A DNA stretch of 64,000 nt from Oculina patagonica (GCF_052425735.1 NC_135761.1:24118001-24182000); one strand, 5' to 3'. Positions 26,101-39,600 are shown, counted from the stretch's first letter. Notes: generated by a model from the sequence alone, not told the origin. Numbers and translations: made by a program.

Positions 26101-26866
26101 GTTTAAGAACCTTAACGGCACACCCCTATCGGAAATCCCCCCCGGGACAGGTCATCATAGTTATTCATAGTTATTTTGGTCAATTTTGGGGGTAACATTT
26201 TCACTCTGTTTGTGGGATCTGGGGAGGAGGGAAGGGGAAGGAAAATGTTTTTAATGTCCCAGTATGGAATATTTACCTCCACACACTTTATATCTTTTGC
26301 CTGAGTTTGGATGTTCCCACTGGGTGGATTTTGTCAAATGGCTGTTAAGTGGTTAAATGTAAAAGAAAAAATAAAATTACGTGAATAACTAGGTAAAAAA
26401 AAAAACAGATGCAGAAATTCATTAATTTCAAATTCAAAATGACGAGAATCAATTTGAATCAAATAAATCTGTCTAACAATGCAACAGGTTTCAAGGGCAT
26501 ATTTTCACGCAAATGTTTAAACAACCTCGAACAAAACAATTAGCAAAACTATTCGGGATTTACTTATACTCGAATTTGGTGCAGAAATAACACTCTTACT
26601 TAATGAACCCTTGAAACTTTCAACAACCTGAACAAAATACAGCGCAAAATAACTTCGCGCGCTCCAGAACAAAACGTCCTTTAGAATCCCCCTTTAGAAC
26701 TAAACGTTAACCATAAATTAGGAGATAGTAAAATTTCTTACTTGGCATAGTAAATTCTTCCATCATCCATAGTTCTAATCTCCCAACCTGGCGGTAAAAA
26801 ATGCTCCTCTGCATTTGTAAACTCGCTTGTTTCTTCAAACACCATTCCGTCATCGTCCGCCGCCAT
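20151..26866 (-). CDS. WWOX: WW domain-containing oxidoreductase, 421 aa, 9 exons
   Basis: Exons 26742-26866, 26277-26341, 25231-25288, 24612-24781, 24006-24112, 23369-23460, 22895-23080, 21805-22066 and 20151-20351. Motifs: WW1 [30 protein letters not shown]; WW2 LPHGWQ...TTYVDPR; [28 protein letters not shown]; C-terminal [10 protein letters not shown]...YFNNCC...LWKLSERL. Confidence 0.97.
20625..20799. mobile_element. Tc1/mariner-pogo-type MITE in WWOX intron 8
   Basis: TA|CAGTGGAACCTCGAT...ATCGAGGTTCCACTG|TA, with internal ataacgaa repeats. Confidence 0.85.
21514..21735. mobile_element. MITE with CAGTCGGGG(G)AA termini, copy 2 (inverted relative to 18899)
   Basis: agtcgggggaataagtgcc...ggcacttgttccctagactg; about 100 bp align in reverse with 18900-19000. 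Confidence 0.7.
23575..23918. mobile_element. TAGAGC...GCTCTA MITE family (copies near 32960-33245, 38080-38323, 54200-54355)
   Basis: Inverted ends tagagcggttttca and tgaaaactgctcta; shared internal blocks (tttgattggttcactgg, tactttggttttggttttacgacactc). Confidence 0.75.
23643..23688 (-). mobile_element. 46-bp RTE LINE 3' tip inserted into the MITE
   Basis: Flanked by 14-bp TSD TTACTACGCTTAGT (23629-23642 and 23689-23702). Reverse complement gctgccctatgtgcca...atgggcagtaagt matches the RTE end at 11781-11818. Confidence 0.8.
24851..25152 (-). mobile_element. tRNA-derived SINE, full length, in WWOX intron 3
   Basis: Pol III A box (tggcctaatggttag) and B box (ggttcgagccc); tttacc tail; 13-bp TSD CTTAATATATGTA at 24838-24850 and 25153-25165. 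Confidence 0.9.
25330..25590 (-). mobile_element. Older copy of the same tRNA-SINE family
   Basis: Degenerate match to 24851-25152 (gtagcattaag, ggtggagagaggcact, ggccactgcgcctcc). Confidence 0.7.
25730..26146. mobile_element. CCCGGGGG...CCCCCGGG MITE family (related pieces at 27300-27650, 38470-38640, 60320-60400)
   Basis: Ends cccgggggggg...gagtactccc and cccccccggg; flanked by acaggtca on both sides. Confidence 0.65.
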
Positions 26867-27204
26867 GTTTTTTTTTTATTTTACCGAGAAGAGACTGGGG
26901 CAAGAAAAAATACCAATGGGAGTGGGGTGGTGGTGCGGCGAACGAGGAGGAAAACCACCTATCCTGGTGAGGAATTATTTGAATTTGCAAAACAAAATGT
27001 AGCCAACAAAGCTTCGAGCGTAATTAAAACAAAACAAACAAATAGATTGAGGAGTTAAAATTAATATAGCCTGTGTACAGCCGTAAAAACCAGACGCACA
27101 GTGTAGCAGAAAATTTATATGGGACCAGACAGTAACCCAACAAGCATTTAAATTTTACGTGCAACATTTTCACAATCTTCTCATATAACACACAGGATCA
27201 TAAT

Positions 27205-27750
27205 TTGCTGGCTCTTAGCATACTGGACTCCAGATTAGGCGGTCCAGATTTGAGCCCTGGCCGGGGTAACTGTGTTGTGTTCTTGGGCAAGACACTTTTG
27301 TACGGGGAGGCTCTAACCCGAGCTCTTACCCCTTACCCTTTTCTATACCATTTTGACAGAAATTGTACCCCTTTCGTATACTTTTTAATGAAAAAAGGTA
27401 CCCCTTTCATATACCTAACAGACACGGTATGGACTTAGAACATGACGTTTTCTTGTCATTTACATGTAGCGCTTAATTAATTGAAATAATACAGCCATAA
27501 ATTGCATCTGTTCGAAATATTTTAATTTAAGGCCCTTCGAAAAACCTAAATGACAGATTTCCATACCCTTTCCTATACCTAAACTTGTGAAATCCCTACC
27601 CCTTTTGGGCGGAGCCTCCCCGTATAGGCCATTATAGGGAGTACCCCCAGGGGGCTCTCACGGTACCTCTCTCAATCTTGGTGTACAAATAAGCACCAAT
27701 GAATTAGATGCCGATGGGTATCCCTGTGATGGACTAGCATCCAAGAAAGG
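27205..27750 (+). mobile_element. tRNA-SINE remnant interrupted by a MITE
   Basis: SINE head (gagccctggccgggg...gtgttgtgttcttgggcaagacact) at 27205-27298 and SINE body at 27655-27750, separated by a gggagtacccc-family MITE. Confidence 0.6.
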
Positions 27751-30409
27751 GTAGAAATAGAGAATAGAGTGGAAGGGAGGGAGGTAGCGAGGAAGGTATG
27801 AAGAGAGTGAGTTAGGAATGGGAGGAGAGAAGGCAGGAGGATGAAAGAAAGGCAAGCAGACAGGCAGGCAGTGGGGGAGACAAGGGAAAAAGAAATGAAT
27901 ATTTCAAACATACACAAGGCAGCTTCAGACTTAAACTAATTCTCTACATTGTAATTATTATAAATCTCAAGTCCAGCTTTTAATCAGTTTTATTCTTGTT
28001 AATACCAAAAGAGAATATTGTTATAAGGTACAACTAAAAATTTGTAAACATACAATATAAACCAACAAGAAGTATGCAAGTAACCGGCTTTTGAACTAAC
28101 CCAGTTTCAACTGTATATGAAAGCATTACATCATGCATACAAAGAATGTAGCCTGCATAGCTGGAAGGACCTCATACTCATTTTTTGGCGGCAGAGCCAC
28201 AATCATGTGCAGTGAATTTTTGTGGGCAGCACAACCAGAGAGTAAAAAATGATCTCAACAAGATTGAGACAAGTGCTATCCTCTAGTGACTTTGCACTCT
28301 CATTAGAGGTTCCACTGCTTAAACAGAGACAAAATCCTGACAGCTATGCAGGGTAGCAATAAATTTTCACAACTTAATATTGCATTGTAAAAATTTTTTT
28401 CTTATAGCAACATTTAACATGGTAGTTCTAAGGCCTCTTGATTTCACCACGGCGAGTCCCTTTTGGGTCATGTGGTGTGAAAACAGACTTTCTTTTTAAG
28501 ACCTCAGAAAAAGCCATAATGGAATAAGAGAATAAAATAGAAAAACCTAGGCACTTGTGACCCAGGAATACTTTTGTACGCATAAAATAATAAAACTTTT
28601 AAAATCGCTAAAATAACCTTAAAAATGAACTGAAGCATGAAATGTAAATGTTTACCTAAGTGAAAAATAAAATTAAATGTGTTCCCACTTAGGTTATATA
28701 ACTGGTTGAAATACTTTAAAATTAACAACTTACAGAACTTTTAAAACTCTATCTTACATTTACTGCACCTTTTAATAACCGGCAAACTCTAAAGTTCTAA
28801 ACCCAACAAATCCGTTTTTTGCTGCTGTCAATCATAATTATGATGACAGCCAACAAACCTTGAAAACAGAGAATAACAAAATGGCTTGAAATCTACCAAT
28901 CACAAATGACAGATACGCTGTTTTGAACTTGTTAGAGCAAAACTTCTGTTTCCCCGAGTCAGCTGAATAGATGATTGAAGAAGGCCAAAAACATAACTGC
29001 TGATTTAGCAGATTTCACATATAAGTGTTATTATAAAGGTGCAGTAATGTTATATGCTTTCCCATTATTACAATATTAATGTAAATCCATCCACCTCATA
29101 AGAAAAAGACTGTTACAGATGATTTATGTAACTTGCCTTCATAACCTTTTTAGAGTCAAAGTTTTGTGTACTGCTCTTAAGGCAACCTAGCTTTGACTAT
29201 TTTGTACAGTAGCTATACTACTAGGATGATCTAGTCTGTCCACATGTAATTCTTTCTATCCTCATTGGTAGGGAGCAAACAAGGAGTAGAATAAGGGTAG
29301 GCAAAAATCACAAAACAACTGTGGACTTCTAACCAGCGAATGCAGACTACAGTAATTTCCGCTTTGTTTTTTCTTGCTTCTTTTAGCTTGTGTTCACGCT
29401 CATTTTAATTCCCTGCAGTTTTCATTTTGTGAAGAAATGACTTCAGAGATCAAAACAGTGGGTAATGGTGCTTGAACTTTGGGTTGTCTTTTTCAGTTCA
29501 CAGCATCGTCAGATGGTAATGTATAATATCAAACTTTCTGAGATGCAAAGATTCTTATATTAGCCTCATAGGCTCTAAGGGAAACAATAATAATAGTTTG
29601 CTTTGAGCCTTCTTTCCCTTTTGAGCATGCTTGAGACTGAACACAATTATTGTTAAAACTATTTATATTCTTCGGAACAAGTCTTTATACTTGTAAGTGA
29701 ACCCCAATGTAGCTTCTAACAAATCTATAAATGTAAAGCTGAGACTTATAATGCTATTTTCAGACTACTTCTGACATTCACATTGCCAACATGAACATGA
29801 AGCATCCATCATCTCAAATCACGGCAGAGTAAAAATTATTGATGTCATTGCGTGTATGCCTGTTGCATTAAGTAGCAACAAGACATTTAACAGAATAGCA
29901 TTCTTTAGTTAACAATTAGTTAAACATAAATACTAGTTATTCACTGAGCTGTTATCACTAGAATGTTAGATACCTCTCATTTTACTCTGCACACAAGCAT
30001 GACATTCTTCTCTAACTGCAAATAGCATGTATGCCCTTCTGTACCTGAACTTTCGGTCAACAGAAAGCTAAAAGTGTCATGCAACTCACTACTATTATGC
30101 CAACAGTTAGCATGTTTTAAAGCAACAATACCTTTCGCATCTGATGTTAAATTTCTCTCTGTTTGGGGATTACTAAATATTAAACTGGAATAAATTGTTT
30201 GTCTGAAAAGGTATCCCCAAAAAATATTTCTGATAACTTATATCACAGCAAATTTGGCATAATGATACACAGAAAAAATAATTAAAATGTAACTTGTGTT
30301 TTTCAACACAAAGCTGGTTTTTAGCATGCTTGTTACATTTTCAATTTCACCACTCTGGTCAACCACTTTTAAATTTATATTGTGACCTAGTTACTTGTCA
30401 AATAATTAC

Positions 30410-30629
30410 CAGGGCTGCAAATAACAGTCGGTCATCGGACATTGGCCGACCAAAATTTGTTCAGGTCTGACGAAATCCCAAGTATGGTCGGACATAATGA
30501 CCGGACAATTTTTTAATCATAAATCATTTAATGGCAACAATGAATAAAAATCTGTCTGACCACAATTTCAAGATGGTGTCTAAGTAGGACATATGTCCTT
30601 TCAAACGGAAAAAATTATTTGCAGCCCTG
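30410..30629. mobile_element. hAT-like MITE
   Basis: 15-bp TIRs CAGGGCTGCAAATAA and TTATTTGCAGCCCTG; aattac on both flanks. Confidence 0.8.
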
Positions 30630-31280
30630 AATTACGGTATGCAAGTAACGCAATAAGCCATAAAGAATGTTTTGTTGGTAAGCATTACATTTACAAAATT
30701 GGTAAAATAAATGTATGGTAACGTAAGTATACAAGTATGCTACTAAAAAAGGTGAATTGACAGAACAGCTGGAAAGATCAGCATCTTTCTATCCCCTTCA
30801 CAAACATATGTACAAATAGTTACATGTAAACTATAGTGTAGGTACAAACTCAGTTTTCAGGCTACAGTGGTCATACATTGTAGCCAGTGACCAGTGTCAT
30901 CTAAGAAATGAGTATTGGAGAATTCCTAGTAGACAAAAGAAAGAAACAAACCAGTTTTTAGTAATAGCAATACGTGTTGAATACAACATGTGTGTTATAC
31001 ACATTATACTGCTGCACAAATAAGATACAAATAAGATACAAATATCTTGTTCCAGCAGGATAAAAGGCCTTGTAATATTGAGATTGACATTCATGAATGG
31101 TCTGGTGCACTGGAATAAGGATCCTTCTTGACCAAGTCAGAAATTTACACCAGCGCATGATATTTTATCCCTTGTTTAGAATAAAAAAATATTTATAACA
31201 AGAATATTTTTTTTTTGTAAACACATCCCTTAAATGATATTAAAATGTGAACAATTAATACCACTTCACACAAAATGTAA

Positions 31281-34200
31281 TTACCTGCTAGTGGAGAACT
31301 CCTCGAATGTCGTATCCATTGGCTCCATTTCAAACTGCTCATCTTCATCAGACTGGTATTGTGCACTTGACGTAATTAAAGAGAAGATAATTAGCATGTG
31401 TTAATGTGTTGTTAACGCACTACCAACCCCCAAGAACCCTCCGATCATCACACTCTTCACGCCAGCCTTAACCCTGTCAAATTCCACCTTAAGTCGTATG
31501 GGTCTCGAGCTTTTGCTGTTTCGTCGCCTGAACTCTGGAACAGTCTACCTTTTTTTATCCGCTCATGTGACAATTTAAGTTCTTTTAAATCAAAACTCAA
31601 AACTTATCTTTTTAAAAAAAGTTATTACTCTTAGCGATTTTTACTTTTTATTACTTTTAATGTACATTAATTTTTAAGATTTATTCAGCTAATTTTAACG
31701 AATTTTTATAGATTTGTAAAGCGCCTAGAGCAGGCCTGGATAGGCGCTATAAAAATGTTTATTATTATTATTTATTATTATGTGGACTCAGATTAGGTTC
31801 ACTGTTGCGTTACACACAGAAAGTACTGTCAAATGTAGCATGGGGCTAGTGGACTTTCCTGTTGGGCAAGTAGTTTTTATCCATCTCTTGCCCTATCACA
31901 AGTAACTTTTTTGAACATTTTTGTTGACAGAGAAAGGCCTTAGGTCTAGCATACAATGTACAATGACTCAAACTTGTACTAAGGCAACCATAATCTCTAC
32001 CATGTTTTTGGTCAAATAAAAGTGCTCACCTTGTTGCCCTACACGTGAAGAACAAGATTCTTTTCATCTTCTTATTGTAGAAGAAATAGTTGAAGGACCA
32101 AAGACTTCCTTCTTCGCCATATGGGTCTGAGTCAAGATCAGGGTTATAACTGAGTAAAACAAAAAGAAAACATTTCCCAAAGTGAATAAAAACTCTACTA
32201 AGTGCATGTACAAAGTCACAAATCTGTTTTCATTATATAAACATCAGTGAAATACCAGGAAATCTTTTGCACGAAAAAATCATATCTTCACACGTGAAAA
32301 TAACATGTTATTTTCACATGTGAAGATATGGATTTCGGAACATTTTCTGACAAGTCTGCCCTGTTTCAATGCTGAATAAGCCAAAGAAAGTCGATATTAA
32401 GTCGAAACATCATCGGATTTTCCTTGGCAATCTTTGGTAATCTTTGGATATCTTCGGAAATTTTCGGAAAAGTTCGAAAATGTTCAGAAACATTCGTACG
32501 ACCTTCGGACAACATTTTGAAAATCTTCGGAAATTTTCCAAAAATGGTCGGAAATCTTCGAAAAATCGTCAAAAACATCGTAATTAGTAGGTTTAAATAA
32601 TAAACAGAATATTACATGGTTGCTTGGAGATATGAAATTTATCTTCTCGTGTTCAAATCGATATTTTCACTCGTTCACTGCGCTCACTCGTGAGATATCG
32701 ATTTGTACACTCGAAGATAAATTTCATATCTCCGCGCAACCATGTAATATCCTCTATGTACATACTGTGTAAATGTTTACTAGATGTACATGTAGTTACA
32801 TGGTTTGAATGTAGTCATCATTCTTCAGATTGGATACTGTGTTAATGGCAAACTGCGTACATGTATACAGCATTACACAAGCATGGACATTTTGTATTAA
32901 ACCTTAAAATTAATAGAAAGAATTTTTCAAAAAACAACAACAACAAAGAAAACTTATAACTAGAGTGATTTTTGATTGAGTGTTGTAAAACTAAAACCAA
33001 AGTAATTGCTCTGGCGTGTCACAAAGGACATAGGCAATCTAGTGAACCAATTAAAAGTCAAAGCAAATACACGTAGGTGATGTGAAGTACTGGAAAATGT
33101 ATGCGGGTGAGTCATGGTTGGTTTAAGTTCTGATGTTGAAAAAGTAATTAAAAGCAAATATTTCTAACCCATTACTATTTGCATAATAATGCAAAACCAA
33201 ACCAAACATGAAATGCTTTCGACATTCAAGTGTAATCGCTCTATTGCAATGCATAACAAAAATTAAATATGGACCTTACCTGAATATGTCACATTCTGCC
33301 AGATTGATCTCCTCATCAATAGCAGCCCACAATCCAGATTTGAGAGCAACAAATGACTCACCACTAATTGCCAACAAATTCCCATTGATTGCATCAACAA
33401 CCACTTGAAGGCTCGGTTCACGAGAAAATTCATGCGACTTGACATTACTGAAGTCATAGTCTGGGTTAAATGATGCATTAAGGGTGGAAATCAAGTAAAA
33501 TAACATCTTGCGACTGATTGTGTCGCACAGAACTGCTTCATCTTGACTTCCTGTACTTAAGCTTCTCTGCCGAGCATTTGCAAGGATTCCTGGGTAGCTA
33601 CTGTTGGTAGGTGATATACTTCCAGGGATTGTGGTTTGAGGAGGCGACAATGCCTGAAGTTCATTGGGTGCACTGCCTTCATTTAAGGTTTTGTATAGCT
33701 TCTTGTCACTGCCAGCCATCTTGCAAGAGTAACTTTCAATTCTAAAAGTTTAAAAATAATAGTTTTTCAGTTAAAGTGATTAATGACTGTTTTACCATTG
33801 ATTTTAATTAGTACTTTTTCAGTTTGGACTGTTTTTGGACAAGGGAAAGCTTTTCAAACAACGATCGCAAAGCTTATCGGTTGAATGTGGGCCTTTAAGA
33901 ACATCAAATTTTCATGGGACAACTATCAACTGATTATAGTGTGTATTGGGGACAACATACAGTCAAAGCTAGTTGTTTCTGTTGTCTAGAAAACCATTTT
34001 TGGTTGGATTGAGTTTTCACCTGGCATCGGCAAACTTGGTTGAAGCTTACTGATAGCAAGAACAATTTCGTAAACCATTATCAGTTGAAAAAAATAATAA
34101 ATATGATATTCAATATTCTTACAGCCAAAACAACAGAAAATGTTTGTCCTCAGTGGAAAAGATGTGGTTTGAACACAACAGAAAACCACACAGGAAACCA

Positions 34201-34675
34201 AAGTCCTGACAGAAGTCAATTTTAATAAAACACAAACTTTTCTCTCAAAATCCTTAACAGATCAGCTGAAAGTCCCGTGATTTAACAAACACAACATCAA
34301 CATTTTCACATAAAAAATATTGCAGGCCTGTATAATTACTTTGACAGTTCAGGGGAAAAACATATTTGATATGCAGTCGAGTCGAAATACACAAAAATAA
34401 AAAAGCAAGATCATAAGTTCCAGTTGAGGTAACTTCTACTTTTACCAGACAGATTTAGTTTTCATCTCTTGGGCTTAGTCACAACAAGAAAATTTACACC
34501 CTTACAAATTTTGACGTGCAGTGAAACACGATCAAAGGGACGTAAATAAACAATATTGTATTCAACTATTTAGTACATGATGAAGGGCTTACCTTCCATC
34601 GATTTGACTGTCTCCTTTGTCAGTGGAAATGGCCGCACTAAGCGTATCCAACCGAGCGTTTTCCAAAAGCTTCAT
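31281..34675 (-). CDS. MAF1: Repressor of RNA polymerase III transcription MAF1
   Basis: Exons 34593-34675 ([10 protein letters not shown]...IDGR), 33280-33741 ([17 protein letters not shown]...[19 protein letters not shown]), 32030-32149 ([34 protein letters not shown]) and 31281/31285-31365 (acidic tail). A possible alternative last exon lies at 29529-29574. Confidence 0.95.
31405..31780 (+). mobile_element. L2/CR1-type LINE 3' end
   Basis: Translates to [39 protein letters not shown], then tgtaaagcgcctagagc...ggcgctata and a (TAT)n tail. Confidence 0.75.
32230..32757. repeat. Interspersed repeat with TTCGGAA-rich core and hairpin end
   Basis: Repeated ttcggaa/ttcgaaaa motifs; hairpin attacatggttgc...gcaaccatgtaat at 32611-32748. 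Confidence 0.55.
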
Positions 34676-35678
34676 ACTTGTTCTTTCAACTTGGACTTTG
34701 CGCCTAAAATATTGTATTCGCTTCTGTCACGAAAGGCCTTTCTCGTTGCCTGTTCACCGAGCTTCGCTTCTTGTCAGCTTAACAGAGTCGTTGTCGATGT
34801 AATACTTGCTTGCTACACGAACTAATAATCGGCTTTTGGTTAATCGAGTGATGTCGGGGCTTTCTTCCACTCTGGGCGCCAAATTTTTCCACAAAGAAAC
34901 TGAGGAAGGGTGTCCTCTCGCTCGGATGCATGTAGAAGTTTTCCTTCTTTGCGTAGAAACTCGATAACTTAACCCACAAAATAGTGAGTCAATTCTTAGA
35001 CACTAAGTTAAAACACAGCTGGGGTGACTTTCGCGATTGAAATGCTTCGAAATGAAGAGAAAACTTGTTGTCAACGACGGACAAAATGGCGCATAAACAC
35101 TTTTGTTTGCAAACTGAAATTGAAAGATGACGTCATTAAGTTTGTGAACTTGAACCGAAAGAAAGGAATAGGATGAAAAAAAGAGCAACGAAACGAAAAT
35201 GGGATAAAGAGCAAATTTGCCATGTCGATGGGAAGAAACAGGTTTGGATTCAATAGAACTTTCAATGGTAAGATTTTTTCCAAAATCATCAAACCAACTG
35301 GAAGAGATAGCGCTAACCATTTGTAATTCGGTTTCCTATTATTGTTTTTCGTTGATGGAAGACTGGAATTGGGAAACCAGGTAAATGATACCGAGGTATA
35401 TTCCAGTCGGTTCGTTCGTTCCAACCAGAATCGCAGGACAGCCAACCGGAATTCACGGAAATTAATTCGCATTTCAACCGAAAATTCCGGTTTTCGTAAG
35501 CGTAGGGAAAGGGCGGAAACTGTCCTAGTCTGCTGAAAATTATTAAGATATGACGTTTAATTACGAGTGCGCCAATTACATGTAATGAATAATAATTAGA
35601 GTTAAATTAATTGTGAAGGTTTTTTGGTTGTTTATTCCAAAAGCTGACCACATCCAGGAGTGTGAATTAATTTATCAA

Positions 35679-35894
35679 ATGGATGAGCAGAAAAAAGCGA
35701 AACAGGGTTCTCCCCGAGATCCTCGAGGGTTTTTGGATGAATCGAAGCTTTCGAAGGAAGAAAGAGCCCAGCTGATAAGAGAAGTCGTGGAGCGTCTTAC
35801 AAGCGATGGTTCGGATAAAGTGCCGGACTCAAACAGAACTGGAGCTGCTAAAGAAATGGGAATTATGAACAGCTTTGCTTGGAGGGGATGGTAG
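35679..35894 (+). CDS. Putative 71-aa intronless small protein divergent from MAF1
   Basis: MDEQKKAKQGSPRDPRGFLDESKLSKEERAQLIREVVERLTSDGSDKVPDSNRTGAAKEMGIMNSFAWRGW; good start context (caaATGG), coding-like composition, AATAAA near 36293 and 36353. Confidence 0.45.
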   Translation: MDEQKKAKQGSPRDPRGFLDESKLSKEERAQLIREVVERLTSDGSDKVPDSNRTGAAKEMGIMNSFAWRGW

Positions 35895-36601
35895 CCATTG
35901 TGCACGAGTGGAACCTCTAAAAAGATTGCTTCGCGGAGGTCTGGTAACAGTCATTGGTTTGGAGCGCATTTTCAAATCGCCGCTAGAGTGCTCTAGAAGA
36001 CAAAGTGAATGATACAGGAACATAGAGATCAAGAATTGATGGAAAAATCTCTTGCTTTCTTTTTGTCGTATCCGTTTGAACGTAAGATAGTGTAGCCACA
36101 TATTTTGGTGTGTAATTGTATTTTTTTTTTACTACTGACAGTACTGACCAGGGAAAGATGATTTATGACAAACCATGCTTAGCAACAGAGCATGCAGTTT
36201 ATTTTACGATTTTCACTTATTGAATGTACAGTGTTGTTAACACTCCCCGTTTCTGGCCTTCATACCGTATTCTCCAGCTTTATAAAAGCTCAATAAGTTC
36301 TTTACGGCTCATAAAGAAAGATTTAAGTTATTTTTTGATAAGTTTTATGTTGAATAAATGAAGACTAAAATACAAATACGTTTAGTCGAATAGTGGCGAT
36401 AGTAAGCGAGGTAGTAAAGAATTAACAATGTGATAACAATTTTTCTTCCATGAGTTGTATGTACTTGACAAGTATAAGATATCTACTGGGATTAAGCCCC
36501 GTATTTATTTAATATTTTGAATCACAGACCGAGTCTAAATTGATTAACACGAGAGTATTCTCAGGGAATCTTAAGTCCATATTTCTGTTGGTTGGTAAAC
36601 T

Positions 36602-39600
36602 TTATATGTGGATGTGGAAATTGCTGCAAGTAAAAAGAAACAAAAATCTGTTTTAGTTTTTGTTTACTATAAGTAGATACCCTTCGTGGTCTATTGCAAA
36701 TTTGTAAATCTAATTGGTTCTATTTAACAATTAGATAGCCTGCAGAACAGGCGGTTTATTTTTTGCGGGGTTATTACGAGGTCGCGCGAAGCGCGACCCC
36801 ACGAGCGCGAAGTGCGAGGGAAAAATAAACCGCGGTTTATTTTTCCTTCGCGCTTCGCGTTCGCCCTCACGCGACCCGCAAAATAAAAACTCGCACTTCG
36901 CGCTTCGACCCGCAAAATAAACCGCCTGTTCTGCAGGCTACAATTAGACCGCTCGATTACGGTTTCTATTGACTTTGATAGATGGCTCGGAGATCCGATC
37001 AGATTGCAAGGTCTCCATCAGTTGGTCACTGGGTTATGCTAATCGCTGGTAGAACACGGTCGTGCACGAGTTGCCTTTTTTCTCAGCCCGGCTGCGCCTC
37101 ATTCGGACTCTGAGTAGTTGCAATTGTTTGACGGCCCTGTAATTCGTCTTGTGCCGCGTCCCATTTTCTCTGCGTTCCAGAGAAAAGATGGGACACGCTT
37201 TTGGAACACTCAACAGAGAATTTTATTTCTATTGAAAATTTTTACGGAAGTGAATTTAATTAAAGGCGGGTTAAATAAGATCTAAAAATATTACTTCATG
37301 GAATCAGCCCTGTGTATATAAAGAAGACTGAACTCATGACTTAACACCGACTAATGCTCACTTTGACTTACTTCATAAATTCAGGCGATCTTGCAATGAC
37401 GTTTTCAAACTCTGCGTAGGATAACAAGCCATCTTCGTCCAAGTCTGCTTCCTCTAGTAGCTTCAGAAACAAAATTAAACGAAAGCATTTATTTTATATA
37501 CTAATTATGAGATATCAAACAGAATCAGGTTTGTTAACTTTCACAAGCTAGCTTTCGGAGTCATCACAGCGCGATGCGCCCCCAAGTTCACGTGACAGAT
37601 AACTCATTACATTACTGTAATTATCAGGCGCCGTGAAGGCTCCGAAAGCTTGTGAAAGCTAAAAAACTTGATCATACCTGTTTGGTATCTCAGATCATTT
37701 CTGTTCTGTTGTTAATGTTTGACGAGATCACTTTTTTATTTCCTTAAATAGCCTACAAATCATTCGGGCATGATAAATGCAATTTTTGCAAGTTGCTCCC
37801 GCAAAACAAGTCGAGAAGAAAAGCTGTACTTAAAGAAATGTTTATGAGTATACCTTGTCAGAGACAAACTCCATTTCGTCATCTGTGAGTTCATTAGCTG
37901 TGATGGCTCGCAAGGTTTGTTTGAGATCTTCCTTGCCGAGGTACTCGTCCTGATCAAAGTCTTGATACAAGTTAAGAGAAGAATAATGATAATGAATGTT
38001 TAGAAATAAGTATGAAAATGAGTGAATGTGGGTGGGCTCGTCAGTTAAGACTGGAACACATGGTGCAGCATTATCATTTAAGTGTCGCAAGTAATTCACG
38101 TTTACCTTGGTTTTGCATTTCTACGCTCAGTGATTGCTTTAAACAGTCTTTAACAAACTCGCGCCTCCTTCTCAGCCAATCACAACCCGCGCCTTACGCT
38201 GGCTACATGTACTTGTTTCGAGTTTTGATTGGCTCACTGGACTGCCAGTGTCTGTGTTTTTTTAGAACGGCGTCAGTAATTACTTTGGGTCTGGTTTTAC
38301 GACACTCAATCGAAAATCGCTCTAAAGCGCGCACCCAAATCAAATTGCAGCGTATGTTCTTCACACAACACTACGTGTAATGTTGTTGCGTGTTGTTCTT
38401 CTTGACTATTTCATCCTTGCAATTTTGCCAATGCGATATGTAAACTACCGCGTCAGTATTTTGCGCGCCCAGGGAAAGGGTATTCCCTATAGTGAACTAT
38501 ACGGGGAGGCGTTGCCCGAAAGGGGTATCTTTTTCAAGGTTGTTGGTAAGCCTATATTAAACGGAGGATTTTCACGAGCTGGATTATACAGAAGGGTAGG
38601 GAAAACTGTCATTTAGGTATTTACAAGGATGAATCGACCGAACTGTCGATTCATTTAAGTATTTTAATAAAGAATTAAGTAGAAATGCTGGGTGTTGCGC
38701 TAAACGGTCACTATCAATGCTTGCAGTCCGGTCATAACAGTTCATCGCGGAAGAACATGTTGGGTATGATTAATGCACAACCTACATTCATTAATGCGTA
38801 ACAATCCGCAAATTCGCGAAATACCCATTAGGTCATGCCCTTTAAAGTAAGTGTTAATCAAATGCGCAACAACAGATCAACAGATCAGACTAAGTAACTT
38901 TACCAAATATCTTGAATGCGTACTTTGCTTTGAGTTCTCTGGGAGCCTGTATAAAGTTGAAAAAATTTTAAGCACTCTTTACGTTTGCGGAATAGACTCT
39001 ACAAGTTACGAGCAGTAAAATTTTCCCTTCTTTGTCCATCAACGCGTGCGGAAAAAGACGGAATCTCTAACTTCTGGAAAGAAATGCCAATATTTCAGAG
39101 CTGAAAAAGAACTCATGGCGGAAGAGATCGCCAGCAATACATAACAATAGGGCTATCTTTACAAGGAAAATAACCCCGAACGCCTGGAACAGGTTTGCCT
39201 CGCGACTAAAATCAGGTTGCACTTGGTTGCAACAATAGTGGTGGCTCAGCCTAGTACCCAAGCGTTCCCTTCCCGCTTATCGATTTGGCGCGAAATTTCG
39301 TGACGTCACCGAATGACACTGAAAACCCGTTCCCAGGTTCTTACGTGGGCCTCGCGCTCGCCCGAGAGAGGAGGAGAATGCCTAGGGACTAGGCAGGTGG
39401 TGGCTTATTTGGACCAGGGTTTTGAGCTGGTCTTCTCAAGGTTCGTCTTAATTTAGGCTTAAAATATGCGTTTAAGCGCGTATTTCAAGAGCGATAAGTG
39501 TTCATCCTTTTTTCTTACTATACAGTCAATTTATATCTACAGTTGTTATTAAACTTACAGACTCGCTGAGGACTGACATCATATTTAGGAAATCGTCAAA

